Positions 29,541-37,385 of a stretch of DNA of 64,000 bases are shown piece by piece. The DNA lies in the IMG/VR virus record IMGVR_UViG_3300044614_001341, positions 1 through 64,000 of that record. The stretch is one strand, 5' to 3'. The position numbers and the translations under genes are program-made. The stretch's first letter is position 1, and every line of letters starts with the position of its first letter. The stretch is from a virus. The notes below the pieces were generated by a model, which saw nothing but the letters and a program-made list of their open reading frames with translations, had not been told where the DNA came from and searched no databases.

Positions 29541-30531
29541 AAATGCACATATCCTCAACAAGTTGTTTAAAAGAAATCTTAGGTTCCCAACCTAGATTTT
29601 CCTTTGCCTTAGTGGCATCACCTAATAAAGTCTCTACTTCAGCAGGTCGAAAATATTTAGGGTTGACTTTAATGATAGTTCTACCAGTATTTTTATCAAT
29701 ACCAACTTCATCAAGTCCTTCACCTTTCCACACAATATTCATACCAAAATAAGGTGCTGCTTCTTCTACAAAGTCACGTACAGAATATTGAACGCCTGTT
29801 GCAATTACAAAATCATCTGGTTCATCTTGTTGAAGCATCAACCACATTGCTTCAACAAAGTCTTTAGCGTGACCCCAATCACGCTTTGCGTTTAGATTGC
29901 CAAGTTCAAGAACATCTTGCTCACCAACAGAAATTCTAGAAAGACCGCGAGTAATCTTACGAGTTACAAAGGTTTCACCACGGCGAGGTGATTCGTGATT
30001 AAAAAGAATACCAGTGCAAGCGTACATTCCATAGGACTCACGATAATTCTTCGTAATCCAATAACCGTAAATCTTCGCTACACCATAAGGAGAGCGGGGA
30101 TAAAAAGGAGTAGTTTCACGTTGAGGAATTTCTTGAACAAGACCGTAAAGTTCACTGGTAGACGCTTGATAAATACGAACACGATCTTCCATACCCAAGA
30201 GACGCACTGCTTCAAGAACACGAAGAGTGCCCATACCATCGACATCAGCAGTGTATTCAGGCATCTCAAAGGATACTTTAACGTGACTCTGAGCACCAAG
30301 ATTATAAATTTCATCTGGTTGGACTAACTGAATAACTCTTGCTATATTAGTAGAATCTGTTAAGTCTCCGTAATGTAACTTAATATTTTGATACAAATGG
30401 TCAATTCTTTGAGTATTGATTTGAGAAGCACGGCGAATAATGCCGTGTACTTCATAACCCTTTTCTAAAAGAAGTTCTGCAAGATAAGATCCATCTTGTC
30501 CCGTGATTCCAGTAATTAGTGCTTTTTTCAT
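29530..30531 (-). CDS. gmd: GDP-mannose 4,6-dehydratase
   Basis: [36 protein letters not shown]. Confidence 0.97.
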   Translation of the reverse strand: MKKALITGITGQDGSYLAELLLEKGYEVHGIIRRASQINTQRIDHLYQNIKLHYGDLTDSTNIARVIQLVQPDEIYNLGAQSHVKVSFEMPEYTADVDGMGTLRVLEAVRLLGMEDRVRIYQASTSELYGLVQEIPQRETTPFYPRSPYGVAKIYGYWITKNYRESYGMYACTGILFNHESPRRGETFVTRKITRGLSRISVGEQDVLELGNLNAKRDWGHAKDFVEAMWLMLQQDEPDDFVIATGVQYSVRDFVEEAAPYFGMNIVWKGEGLDEVGIDKNTGRTIIKVNPKYFRPAEVETLLGDATKAKENLGWEPKISFKQLVEDMCIYGQ

Positions 30532-31349
30532 ACTTCGCAATTTGTAAAATCTATTTGACCATTTCTAGTTGCCCAGATTGGATATTCTCTACCATAGGTA
30601 TTCCATATCTTTGCCTGCTGTTGACCAACAGGAACTCCAGATATTCCAGCAGCATTCCAAATTGTTTCATAAGTATCATCCTCGTGGAATGTAAAGTCAT
30701 GAGATTCTGCCTCCAGCTTCAATAATAAAGACAGGATAGATTGATCATGCCTATTTTCTCTAAAAATTGAATCATTTAAAAGTTTTGATAGTGTATCATC
30801 AAGATAATGACCATTATCTTCGATGGAAATAGACTTCCATTTATCAACAATACCTCTCATCAAATCATTATTCTTTATCAAGAAGATACCAGAAATAATT
30901 TGTCTGGTCATCAGGTACTCATCATTTTCACCCATAATTCTACGATAAGTATCCATCTTAGTCCATTGAATCTCTGGAAGATCTAGCGCGAAAAAAACTC
31001 CAGATGTTTCCAGACACTCTTGATAATATTGCTGAAGTTTCTCTACACCATTCTTATTCAACTCACAACCAGAATCAATATATAAAAGGACTTCATCTTT
31101 TGGTATATTTTTAAGTGCTTCTCCAACAAAATAAGATTTGCAAGCATAGTATCCATAAAATCTACTTGGCATACCAGATCGCTGCTCCATCATTTTGCTG
31201 GCATTATTTTCCCAGAAATCGCCAACTAAATCATCTTCACCGAACTCTTGAATAGATTTGAATACTTCAAATTCTTCTGCTTGCTTTCGTATTCTATTCT
31301 TACCAATAGAGAAATTATTATCTCCAAAGTAAGTTAAATGTAAGTTCAT
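30528..31349 (-). CDS. Putative glycosyl/nucleotide-sugar transferase
   Basis: [18 protein letters not shown] motifs. Confidence 0.55.
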   Translation of the reverse strand: MNLHLTYFGDNNFSIGKNRIRKQAEEFEVFKSIQEFGEDDLVGDFWENNASKMMEQRSGMPSRFYGYYACKSYFVGEALKNIPKDEVLLYIDSGCELNKNGVEKLQQYYQECLETSGVFFALDLPEIQWTKMDTYRRIMGENDEYLMTRQIISGIFLIKNNDLMRGIVDKWKSISIEDNGHYLDDTLSKLLNDSIFRENRHDQSILSLLLKLEAESHDFTFHEDDTYETIWNAAGISGVPVGQQQAKIWNTYGREYPIWATRNGQIDFTNCEV

Positions 31350-31417
31350 ACAATTATTTTAATATCAAATCATTATACCAAAAAAGGAGAGTTTATGCAA
31401 CTCTCCCCTAGGTCTTT

Positions 31418-31818
31418 CAGGCTCGCCACCAATTCTTTGACTGGAAATTGGAAACCAGGCGGGAGAGAGTCCCATCCGCACCAACGTCATTTGAGAGATG
31501 CCGTAAACTCATATAGGGTCATATTTGACTCCACCACTCAGTTTTATGAAACTAAGAAAAGTTGGGTTAACTTTGATATCTCGGTAATACCAAAGAATGC
31601 ACATAAGAATAATACATCCCAAAGTTTAAGTTTAATGGCAAAAGGTACTGTTAGAAATCCTCCAATAACTTTGACCAGCAAACCATATTTAAAATCTCCC
31701 CATAACATAGTTTGATAACCAATTATAAGAAGAAGGTTCCCAAGATACCTTAGGACACTTGTTTTAGACATAAGGGGGGTTTGCTCCCGACCAGTGCTGT
31801 TAACGTCCATCCGTGACG
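31418..31818 (-). ncRNA. manA/wcaG-like structured RNA, split by an ORF
   Basis: 5' part GTCACGGATGGAC..TGGTCGGGAGCAAACCCCC (31772-31818). 3' part has repeated pseudoknot + TGGTG modules ending TGGCGAGCC (31418-31560). Lies upstream of gmd/fcl; family from recollection. Confidence 0.65.
31544..31771 (-). CDS. 75-aa multi-TM membrane protein
   Basis: MSKTSVLRYLGNLLLIIGY...; three hydrophobic segments. Confidence 0.7.
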   Translation of the reverse strand: MSKTSVLRYLGNLLLIIGYQTMLWGDFKYGLLVKVIGGFLTVPFAIKLKLWDVLFLCAFFGITEISKLTQLFLVS

Positions 31819-31819
31819 A

Positions 31820-32065
31820 TTAATCCCAATATTCAATATCATCGGGATCAATGTAACAGGGTTGATTAGTCAACCATTTCGCATATTCAATATCTTCCAT
31901 TGCAACAGAACATTGCATAGAATTATCAAACAAATAAACGTCATTCCACCTTTTAGAATAATAATCTTGCGTTTGAAGACGAAAATCTGGTTTTCCGTTT
32001 AGTTCAATAATCCCCCTTTCAACGAATCTAAATCCTTCTCGTTCAAGAATAACTTTGGTACTCAT
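31820..32065 (-). CDS. Hypothetical protein
   Basis: ORF track, coupled to upstream gene. Confidence 0.75.
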   Translation of the reverse strand: MSTKVILEREGFRFVERGIIELNGKPDFRLQTQDYYSKRWNDVYLFDNSMQCSVAMEDIEYAKWLTNQPCYIDPDDIEYWD

Positions 32066-32277
32066 GCAACCTCAATGGACTCAAGATCGGCAAGAACGTA
32101 TTCCATTAGCATTTCGTAGTCATCCAGAGGGTCTCCAGAAAATACTACACCTTCGTTCTCATAAAAACGACGGACTTTTTTATAAAGTTTCGGACTCTTT
32201 ACATCAAGGTAGATTTCTCCGTTAGCAGCAAGACGAAGAGTGCTAACATCTTTCTTGAATTTTTGGATCAGAGACAT
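32062..32277 (-). CDS. Hypothetical protein
   Basis: First gene after a consensus promoter. Confidence 0.75.
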   Translation of the reverse strand: MSLIQKFKKDVSTLRLAANGEIYLDVKSPKLYKKVRRFYENEGVVFSGDPLDDYEMLMEYVLADLESIEVA

Positions 32278-32300
32278 TGTTTTGTTTTGTTTGCTCTAGT

Positions 32301-32350
32301 ATTATAAGGGTTTGAGACTTGTGTGTCAAGTGTGCCAGTTAAGGAACTGG
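32301..32350 (-). promoter_or_regulatory. Consensus sigma70 promoter with upstream palindrome
   Basis: CCAGTT-CCTT-AACTGG-CACAC-TTGACA-17-TATAAT. Confidence 0.85.
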
Positions 32351-32353
32351 CGA

Positions 32354-32427
32354 TCGGGGTAATAGGATTCGAACCTACGACCTCCCGCTCCCAAAGCGGA
32401 TGCGCTACCAAACTGCGCTACACCCCG
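32354..32427 (-). tRNA. tRNA-Pro(UGG)
   Basis: Cloverleaf CGGGGTG..., loop TTTGGGA, GGTTCGAATCC. Confidence 0.96.
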
Positions 32428-32435
32428 TTACACCG

Positions 32436-32552
32436 TTATTTAGTTCGGTGTATAAACATTATACCCATTATTGGAACGGTTGTCAACCCCATACCACATA
32501 TAAACAACCAAACTGGACTATGTGCCAGATATTCTACAATATGAAAGATCAT
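32436..32552 (-). CDS. 38-aa membrane microprotein
   Basis: MIFHIVEYLAHSPVWLFICGMGLTTVPIMGIMFIHRTK; ATGA coupling. Confidence 0.55.
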   Translation of the reverse strand: MIFHIVEYLAHSPVWLFICGMGLTTVPIMGIMFIHRTK

Positions 32553-32653
32553 TTTACATATGCGTGATCAAGTGACCAAATAATCAATAAACCTATTATA
32601 CCAAAAATAGTCATTGCTGAAAATATTGTGCTACTCATATTTTCTTTTTCCAT
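32549..32653 (-). CDS. 34-aa membrane microprotein
   Basis: MEKENMSSTIFSAMTIFGIIGLLIIWSLDHAYVK. Confidence 0.55.
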   Translation of the reverse strand: MEKENMSSTIFSAMTIFGIIGLLIIWSLDHAYVK

Positions 32654-32661
32654 ATAAAAGA

Positions 32662-32865
32662 TTAGTTAAGAGTAATTTTAAGAAATGGGAGTAATGGTGG
32701 AATAACACCGATTAACCTTAAAAGTCCCTCAGCAAATAGAGCAAGAACCACCCAACCGACGCACATACTAATGATAGAAGCATTGCGGTTGTGTCGTCGT
32801 ATTGCTGCATCGATCATCTCCTGAACTTCTGAGCGCGTAATAAATTCTTCATGCTCATACATCAT
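32662..32865 (-). CDS. Small membrane protein
   Basis: EVQEMIDAAIRRHNRNASIIS + TM helix. Confidence 0.75.
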   Translation of the reverse strand: MMYEHEEFITRSEVQEMIDAAIRRHNRNASIISMCVGWVVLALFAEGLLRLIGVIPPLLPFLKITLN

Positions 32866-33011
32866 TTTTCATCACCAAGAAACTTTGCAAGAGGATCTCT
32901 CTTGGTTTTAACAATCTCAACTGCTCTTTTATAGAACATATTATCAGTGTTCCCAGAAGATTCGAATGTCTCCTTGATCTTCACCCAGTTATCATAGGTG
33001 TGCTGATCCAT
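32862..33011 (-). CDS. 49-aa hypothetical protein
   Basis: MDQHTYDNWVKIKETFESSGNTDNMFYKRA...; coupled to next gene. Confidence 0.7.
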   Translation of the reverse strand: MDQHTYDNWVKIKETFESSGNTDNMFYKRAVEIVKTKRDPLAKFLGDEK

Positions 33012-33125
33012 AGGGTTTAGGTTGAATACTACTAGTTATTCTAGTAAGTATTTCTACTATGTCAAGTTTGTGTTGATACGAAAATATAGATTAAAAAAAT
33101 CTAAAATTTTGTAATATTTGTAACA

Positions 33126-33211
33126 AGGAAGATCAGGGATTCGAACCCTGGAACGCTACTAACGTTAATAGTTTTCAAGACTATCGCCATCAACCACTCG
33201 GCCAATCTTCC
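33126..33211 (-). tRNA. tRNA-Ser(UGA)
   Basis: GGAAGAT acceptor, CTTGAAA loop, long variable arm. Confidence 0.94.
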
Positions 33212-33222
33212 AAAATAAGTCC

Positions 33223-33480
33223 TCAGCGGACTTCAAAATCTAAACGTCTCACTTTACGCTGACGCCGTGCTTCTTGAAAAGCAAGGTCTTCGTTTGTAAG
33301 AACACCAGATTTTGATTTGGTATGTATAGAGTTTAGCATAACAACAGAGGATAAGTCAACTGCTGAAATTTTATCCCCACGAATAGTTGCCATATTTGAG
33401 CAACCACAAGATACTGTTTTCGTTTGATGCCCTTCCAACTCTCTATTACAAGAGCGGCATCTGATTCTTAAATTTTCCAT
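33223..33480 (-). CDS. Zn-ribbon hypothetical protein
   Basis: CRSC...CGC. Confidence 0.75.
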   Translation of the reverse strand: MENLRIRCRSCNRELEGHQTKTVSCGCSNMATIRGDKISAVDLSSVVMLNSIHTKSKSGVLTNEDLAFQEARRQRKVRRLDFEVR

Positions 33481-33496
33481 CTCTACAATAAGTTAA

Positions 33497-33934
33497 TTAT
33501 TTTTCAGTAAATGATCGAAGCATCCAAACGAATTTGCCGTGTGCTTCATTTAAATCATCAAGAAGATTAACTGTTCCTCTTGACTTTTGTTCGTCTGCTT
33601 CCATAGCAGCATCAGAAAGCATGGTAATTATTTTTTGATGTCCATCCATCAAATCACGAATCATTTCCATTTCGGAAATATTAGATTTTGCTTCACCAAT
33701 ACCAGAAACTTCTACAACTCTAGACAAAGAACTAACTGGTTTGATTTCAAGAAATCTCATATGCTCGGCAATACGATCAACTTCTTCTTGAAGAGCAACA
33801 TACTGTTCACCAAATAAGTCATGAATCTGCTTAAAATCAGGTCCAACAACGTGCCAATGATAAACCCAAGTCTTCTGAAAGAGGACAAACAAACTTGCCT
33901 GAGTATCAGAAAGTAACTTATATAATTTTTCCAT
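33497..33934 (-). CDS. dps: Dps DNA-protection/ferritin-like protein
   Basis: YHWHVVGPDFKQIHDLF..QY..EVDRIAE, WMLRS. Confidence 0.92.
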   Translation of the reverse strand: MEKLYKLLSDTQASLFVLFQKTWVYHWHVVGPDFKQIHDLFGEQYVALQEEVDRIAEHMRFLEIKPVSSLSRVVEVSGIGEAKSNISEMEMIRDLMDGHQKIITMLSDAAMEADEQKSRGTVNLLDDLNEAHGKFVWMLRSFTEK

Positions 33935-33967
33935 TACACCAATACTTTTTTTCAAGTATTTATAAAG

Positions 33968-34039
33968 TGGGCGATACTGGATTCGAACCAGTGACCTAAT
34001 CCTTGTAAGGGATCCGCGCTACCGCTGTGCCAATCGCCC
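33968..34039 (-). tRNA. tRNA-Val(UAC)
   Basis: GGGCGAT acceptor, CTTACAA loop. Confidence 0.95.
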
Positions 34040-34045
34040 AATAAA

Positions 34046-34219
34046 TCAATCAGGATAACTAGATTCTAGCATAAATTCTACTGTATTTGCAATATCATTC
34101 ATAGCATCACGAAGAAATGGTTGTTGACCAGATTCTTGCCTACGAACAGGGCGAGAGGAATCACATAAGGTCCATCGCCATTGTTGCATAGATTCACAGT
34201 ACCAGAGTGTTATTTTCAT
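34046..34219 (-). CDS. 57-aa hypothetical protein
   Basis: MKITLWYCESMQQWRWTL... Confidence 0.65.
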   Translation of the reverse strand: MKITLWYCESMQQWRWTLCDSSRPVRRQESGQQPFLRDAMNDIANTVEFMLESSYPD

Positions 34220-34294
34220 TTTTTAAATGCTCTAGTTTAATCAGATTTGGGAAGGGGGGTTTCACCCCCCAGTTTACACTATGTAGTTAGAATA

Positions 34295-35779
34295 TCAGAA
34301 CCTAAACTGGGTCTGAATCACACCACCATAGTTAGAAGAAGCATTCTTGAATCCTTGATTATTGGAAACATAGAAGATTGCAGGAGTGATGCTAATATTA
34401 TCACTCACACGATAGCGATAGAAGGTTTCCCACATCAGAGCATCCTTAGTGAGGGAAGCAGCATTGCCAGGAGCACCGATGGCAAAACCAGCAGCATTAC
34501 CCTTAGCAAACACATCTGCCCACTGGACACCAGCAAACCAAGTCTCAGACTTAGTAGCAGCACGGGGAGTAGCAGGACCTTCTACAGTGTTCCACCCATA
34601 AGCACCACTCACAGAAGGAATGATGCCAGACTTCTTAGGTTGCCAGTAAGCATTCACGGCATAACCATTAGAGGTTTGATTAGCGGCAAGAGTACCAGCA
34701 TTACCAGAAACACCATTGAAGGTGCGAACACGAGTGCCTTCAGTACCATAACGATAACCAAATGCGATGCCATACTGAGGAGCACGATAACCAAACTGTG
34801 CCAGAGTATTCAAAGCACCAGATTCATCAAATTCCCCTTTGCTAGAATCGGAACCGTTCTGGGCAACATAGTTCACACCAGCAACGAATCCACCCTTACC
34901 TTTCTTAGTAGGTTGTGCCCACTGAGCACCGAAACCAGAACCAGTTGCTTTGTTGTAAACACCAGGAGCGCCTGCAACAGCAAAGAAGTCCAGAATGTCA
35001 GACTTATAAGCAGTAGGAATCCAAGACATCTCAGTGTTACGAACCAGAGCACCAGCAGTCAAATTGAGACCTTTGGTGAGAGCAGGAAACTGATAGTACA
35101 GACGATCAAGTTGTACTTGGTTAGAAGTGCTTTCTGCCTTATCCAGTTTGAACAGAGACGAAGAAGAACCAAAGGGTTGACTGGAGAAATTACCAGAACG
35201 CAGACGAGTCTTCAGCAAATCCTTGCCAGTGAAAGAAGTATCGAAGTTCAGACGAACATCATAGTTGAATGCTGTGTTGCCAACGTTAGTGTTGTTAGCA
35301 AGACGAGCACCTTCTACACCACCAAGAACGAAGGTTGCTTCACCACGCAGTTTAGATGTAGTGGAGAACTGAGTTGCTTGAAGTTGACCAACTTGTGCTT
35401 CCAGTTTATCAACACGACCACGAATAACTAGAAGTTCTTCAGCAAATTCTTTCGAAAGACGCTGAAGTTCATCAGTTACTTCAGTTACACGATCCAGACA
35501 GGCATTCAGGAGTGCTGCTGCCTCATAACGGGTCATTGCCTTACCACCACCATAAGTGCCGTTAGGATATCCTGCTACGCAACCATAACGCTCCACAAGG
35601 TTGCTAAGTGCCTGATATGCCCAATCAGAAGGTTGAACATCAGAGAATTGAGTGACGCTTGTTGCCTGCTCAGAAGAGTATTGATTGACTGCTGCAATAT
35701 TAAGGTCTGCGGCATTCGCAACAGCAGGAGCAATCATACCAAGAGCAACAGGTGCAAGCATCAGTTGTTTGATTTTCAT
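34295..35779 (-). CDS. som: Cyanobacterial Som-type outer-membrane porin (SLH + OprB-like barrel)
   Basis: Signal peptide, FSDVQPSDWAYQAL..YGCVAGYP..TRYEAAA SLH, QFSTTSKLRG, terminal F. Confidence 0.93.
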   Translation of the reverse strand: MKIKQLMLAPVALGMIAPAVANAADLNIAAVNQYSSEQATSVTQFSDVQPSDWAYQALSNLVERYGCVAGYPNGTYGGGKAMTRYEAAALLNACLDRVTEVTDELQRLSKEFAEELLVIRGRVDKLEAQVGQLQATQFSTTSKLRGEATFVLGGVEGARLANNTNVGNTAFNYDVRLNFDTSFTGKDLLKTRLRSGNFSSQPFGSSSSLFKLDKAESTSNQVQLDRLYYQFPALTKGLNLTAGALVRNTEMSWIPTAYKSDILDFFAVAGAPGVYNKATGSGFGAQWAQPTKKGKGGFVAGVNYVAQNGSDSSKGEFDESGALNTLAQFGYRAPQYGIAFGYRYGTEGTRVRTFNGVSGNAGTLAANQTSNGYAVNAYWQPKKSGIIPSVSGAYGWNTVEGPATPRAATKSETWFAGVQWADVFAKGNAAGFAIGAPGNAASLTKDALMWETFYRYRVSDNISITPAIFYVSNNQGFKNASSNYGGVIQTQFRF

Positions 35780-35876
35780 AAAAATGTTTTTTGTGTACTA
35801 AACGACAATGTAAAGATTTACAACAAAGTAAATCTTCGTTATTTAGGGGGTCTTAAGCAAACCTTAAGATGAGAGT

Positions 35877-35921
35877 ATCTTACAGCACTTTTGGTCTTAT
35901 GTCAATTAAGATTTGGTTAAG
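35877..35921 (-). promoter_or_regulatory. Porin promoter with Pho-box-like repeat
   Basis: CTTAACC-AAAT-CTTAATT (11-bp period) abutting TTGACA-17-TAAGAT. Confidence 0.65.
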
Positions 35922-35922
35922 A

Positions 35923-35993
35923 AGCGAATGACGGGGATCGAACCCGTGACACCAACTTGGAAGGATGGGATGTTACCGCTACACCACATTCGC
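35923..35993 (-). tRNA. tRNA-Gly(UCC)
   Basis: GCGAATG acceptor, CTTCCAA loop. Confidence 0.94.
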
Positions 35994-36043
35994 AATGTGG
36001 GAGATTTGACTCTCCCAGCACTTCACTTCACACGGAAGTATAA

Positions 36044-36072
36044 AGTATAAGACATAATGAGTATTATGTCAA
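36044..36072 (-). promoter_or_regulatory. Sigma70 promoter with palindromic spacer
   Basis: TTGACA-17-TATACT; GACATAAT-ACTC-ATTATGTC. Confidence 0.8.
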
Positions 36073-36143
36073 GCCCCCGATCTGATTCGAACAGACGACC
36101 AACGGTTTACAAAACCGTTGCTCTACCACTGAGCTACAAGGGC
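36072..36143 (-). tRNA. tRNA-Thr(UGU)
   Basis: GCCCTTG acceptor, TTTGTAA loop. Confidence 0.95.
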
Positions 36144-36222
36144 AACGCGGGGGTGATCAATTCCCCGACCTAACAAAGTTAGGATTTAGAAAGGAAGACC
36201 CAGACATTTCCAGACCTTCCAA

Positions 36223-36295
36223 CTCCCCCAGTTTGACTCGAACAAACAACCTCAGAGTTAACAGCTCCGCGCACTGCCAATTGTGCTATAGGGGA
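36223..36295 (-). tRNA. tRNA-Asn(GUU)
   Basis: TCCCCTA acceptor, CTGTTAA loop. Confidence 0.93.
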
Positions 36296-36443
36296 TTGGT
36301 GGTAGGAGGGATTTCTATGTGCAGACAGAATCACCTTTCACATCATCCAGACTAAACCAGCGAGAGGTGTTGCACTTCCTACATTTGATGGATTAAGTGT
36401 GATACACCTCATAAGGATGTAACAGGGACTTAACCTCTATCAC
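36296..36443 (-). ncRNA. Unassigned structured RNA(s) with two predicted pseudoknots, ending ACCA
   Basis: Complementary segments read by eye; relatively GC-rich; no convincing ORF. Confidence 0.5.
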
Positions 36444-36452
36444 TTTTATATA

Positions 36453-37016
36453 TTACACTAATTCTGAAATAATGTCAAGTCTAAGTTCTGCGTGTATTTC
36501 TCTATGACAATTAGCACATACACATACACACTTATCAAGTTCTTTTTTCTGGTCTTCCCATTTTCTTAATTTTAAATTTCCAAAATTTTTATCTTTTTGA
36601 TCTGGGTCAATATGATGAAATTCTAAGGCATCAATACATTTATTATATCCACATTTTTCACATTTTCCACCCTTATACTCTACTGCTTTTTTCTTACTAT
36701 TTTTCCACCTATCAGCATTATAATTGTTATGGCATTTTTTACAATTTGCTTGCCATACCTTTTTACTTTCACGCCAATATCCAGTTTCTTCATTTAAAAA
36801 AATTCCACATTTGGAGCAATTTTGTATTGGTTTACCATCAACTCTAAGAATATGATTTTCACCAATATAACCGTCACTAAATGATTTATTTGCCGTTTTC
36901 AATTTATACTTATTCAACCAATATCTAATACTTGTAGCACTTTTATTTGTTTTTTTACCAATATCCCTTATAGACATTTTTTGTTCCACAAAGGATTTAA
37001 GAATAGAATATTCCAT
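36453..37016 (-). CDS. HNH homing endonuclease with N-terminal HTH
   Basis: CEKCGY..ALEFHHIDP..K..CVCANCHREIH. Confidence 0.9.
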   Translation of the reverse strand: MEYSILKSFVEQKMSIRDIGKKTNKSATSIRYWLNKYKLKTANKSFSDGYIGENHILRVDGKPIQNCSKCGIFLNEETGYWRESKKVWQANCKKCHNNYNADRWKNSKKKAVEYKGGKCEKCGYNKCIDALEFHHIDPDQKDKNFGNLKLRKWEDQKKELDKCVCVCANCHREIHAELRLDIISELV

Positions 37017-37057
37017 TAGTTCAGTAGATATATATTGTTATTTATACAACTGAACTA
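37017..37057 (-). promoter_or_regulatory. Late promoter in a hairpin abutting the HEG start
   Basis: TAGTTCAGT..TATAAATA..ACTGAACTA-ATG. Confidence 0.8.
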
Positions 37058-37063
37058 TTATAG

Positions 37064-37136
37064 CAGGCGTATCAGGATTCGAACCTGAGATAAGGCTTTA
37101 GAAGAGCCGTGTGATAATCCACTTCACCATACGCCC
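37064..37136 (-). tRNA. tRNA-Arg(UCU)
   Basis: GGGCGTA acceptor, CTTCTAA loop. Confidence 0.93.
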
Positions 37137-37140
37137 ATAA

Positions 37141-37204
37141 GTAGGTTCCTATCGCCGCCACTCCTGAACCTACCGAAGGGGAGTGCCGCAGTTGATCTCT
37201 CAAC
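37141..37204 (-). ncRNA. GNRA hairpin + H-type pseudoknot RNA
   Basis: GTTGA-GAGA-TCAAC; CACTCC/GGAGTG crossed with GTAGGTTC/GAACCTAC; promoter TTGACG-17-TATAAT directly upstream. Confidence 0.65.
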
Positions 37205-37241
37205 TCTCATATTATAGCAGTCCTTGAGAGAGTCGTCAAGG

Positions 37242-37323
37242 TGGGCAGGGAGGGATTTGAACCCCCGTAGGCAGAGCCAGCGGATTTACAGTCCGCCTCC
37301 ATTAACCACTCGGACACCTGTCC
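37242..37323 (-). tRNA. tRNA-Tyr(GUA)
   Basis: CTGTAAA loop, long variable arm. Confidence 0.95.
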
Positions 37324-37385
37324 AAGATTTAAAGTATAGAATGGGGGAGGAGTATTGTCAACTCCTCCCAACCTATTCTATTGTA

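Noticed and set aside
31395-31715. 106-aa plus-strand ORF
   Set aside because: Antisense to the structured RNA and membrane ORF; no recognisable motif
34247-35431. 394-aa plus-strand ORF
   Set aside because: Antisense shadow of the codon-biased porin gene
37141-37190. Theta/HDV-like ribozyme call
   Set aside because: No P3 between P2 and P1', and it lies 5' rather than 3' of a tRNA; kept as an unassigned pseudoknot
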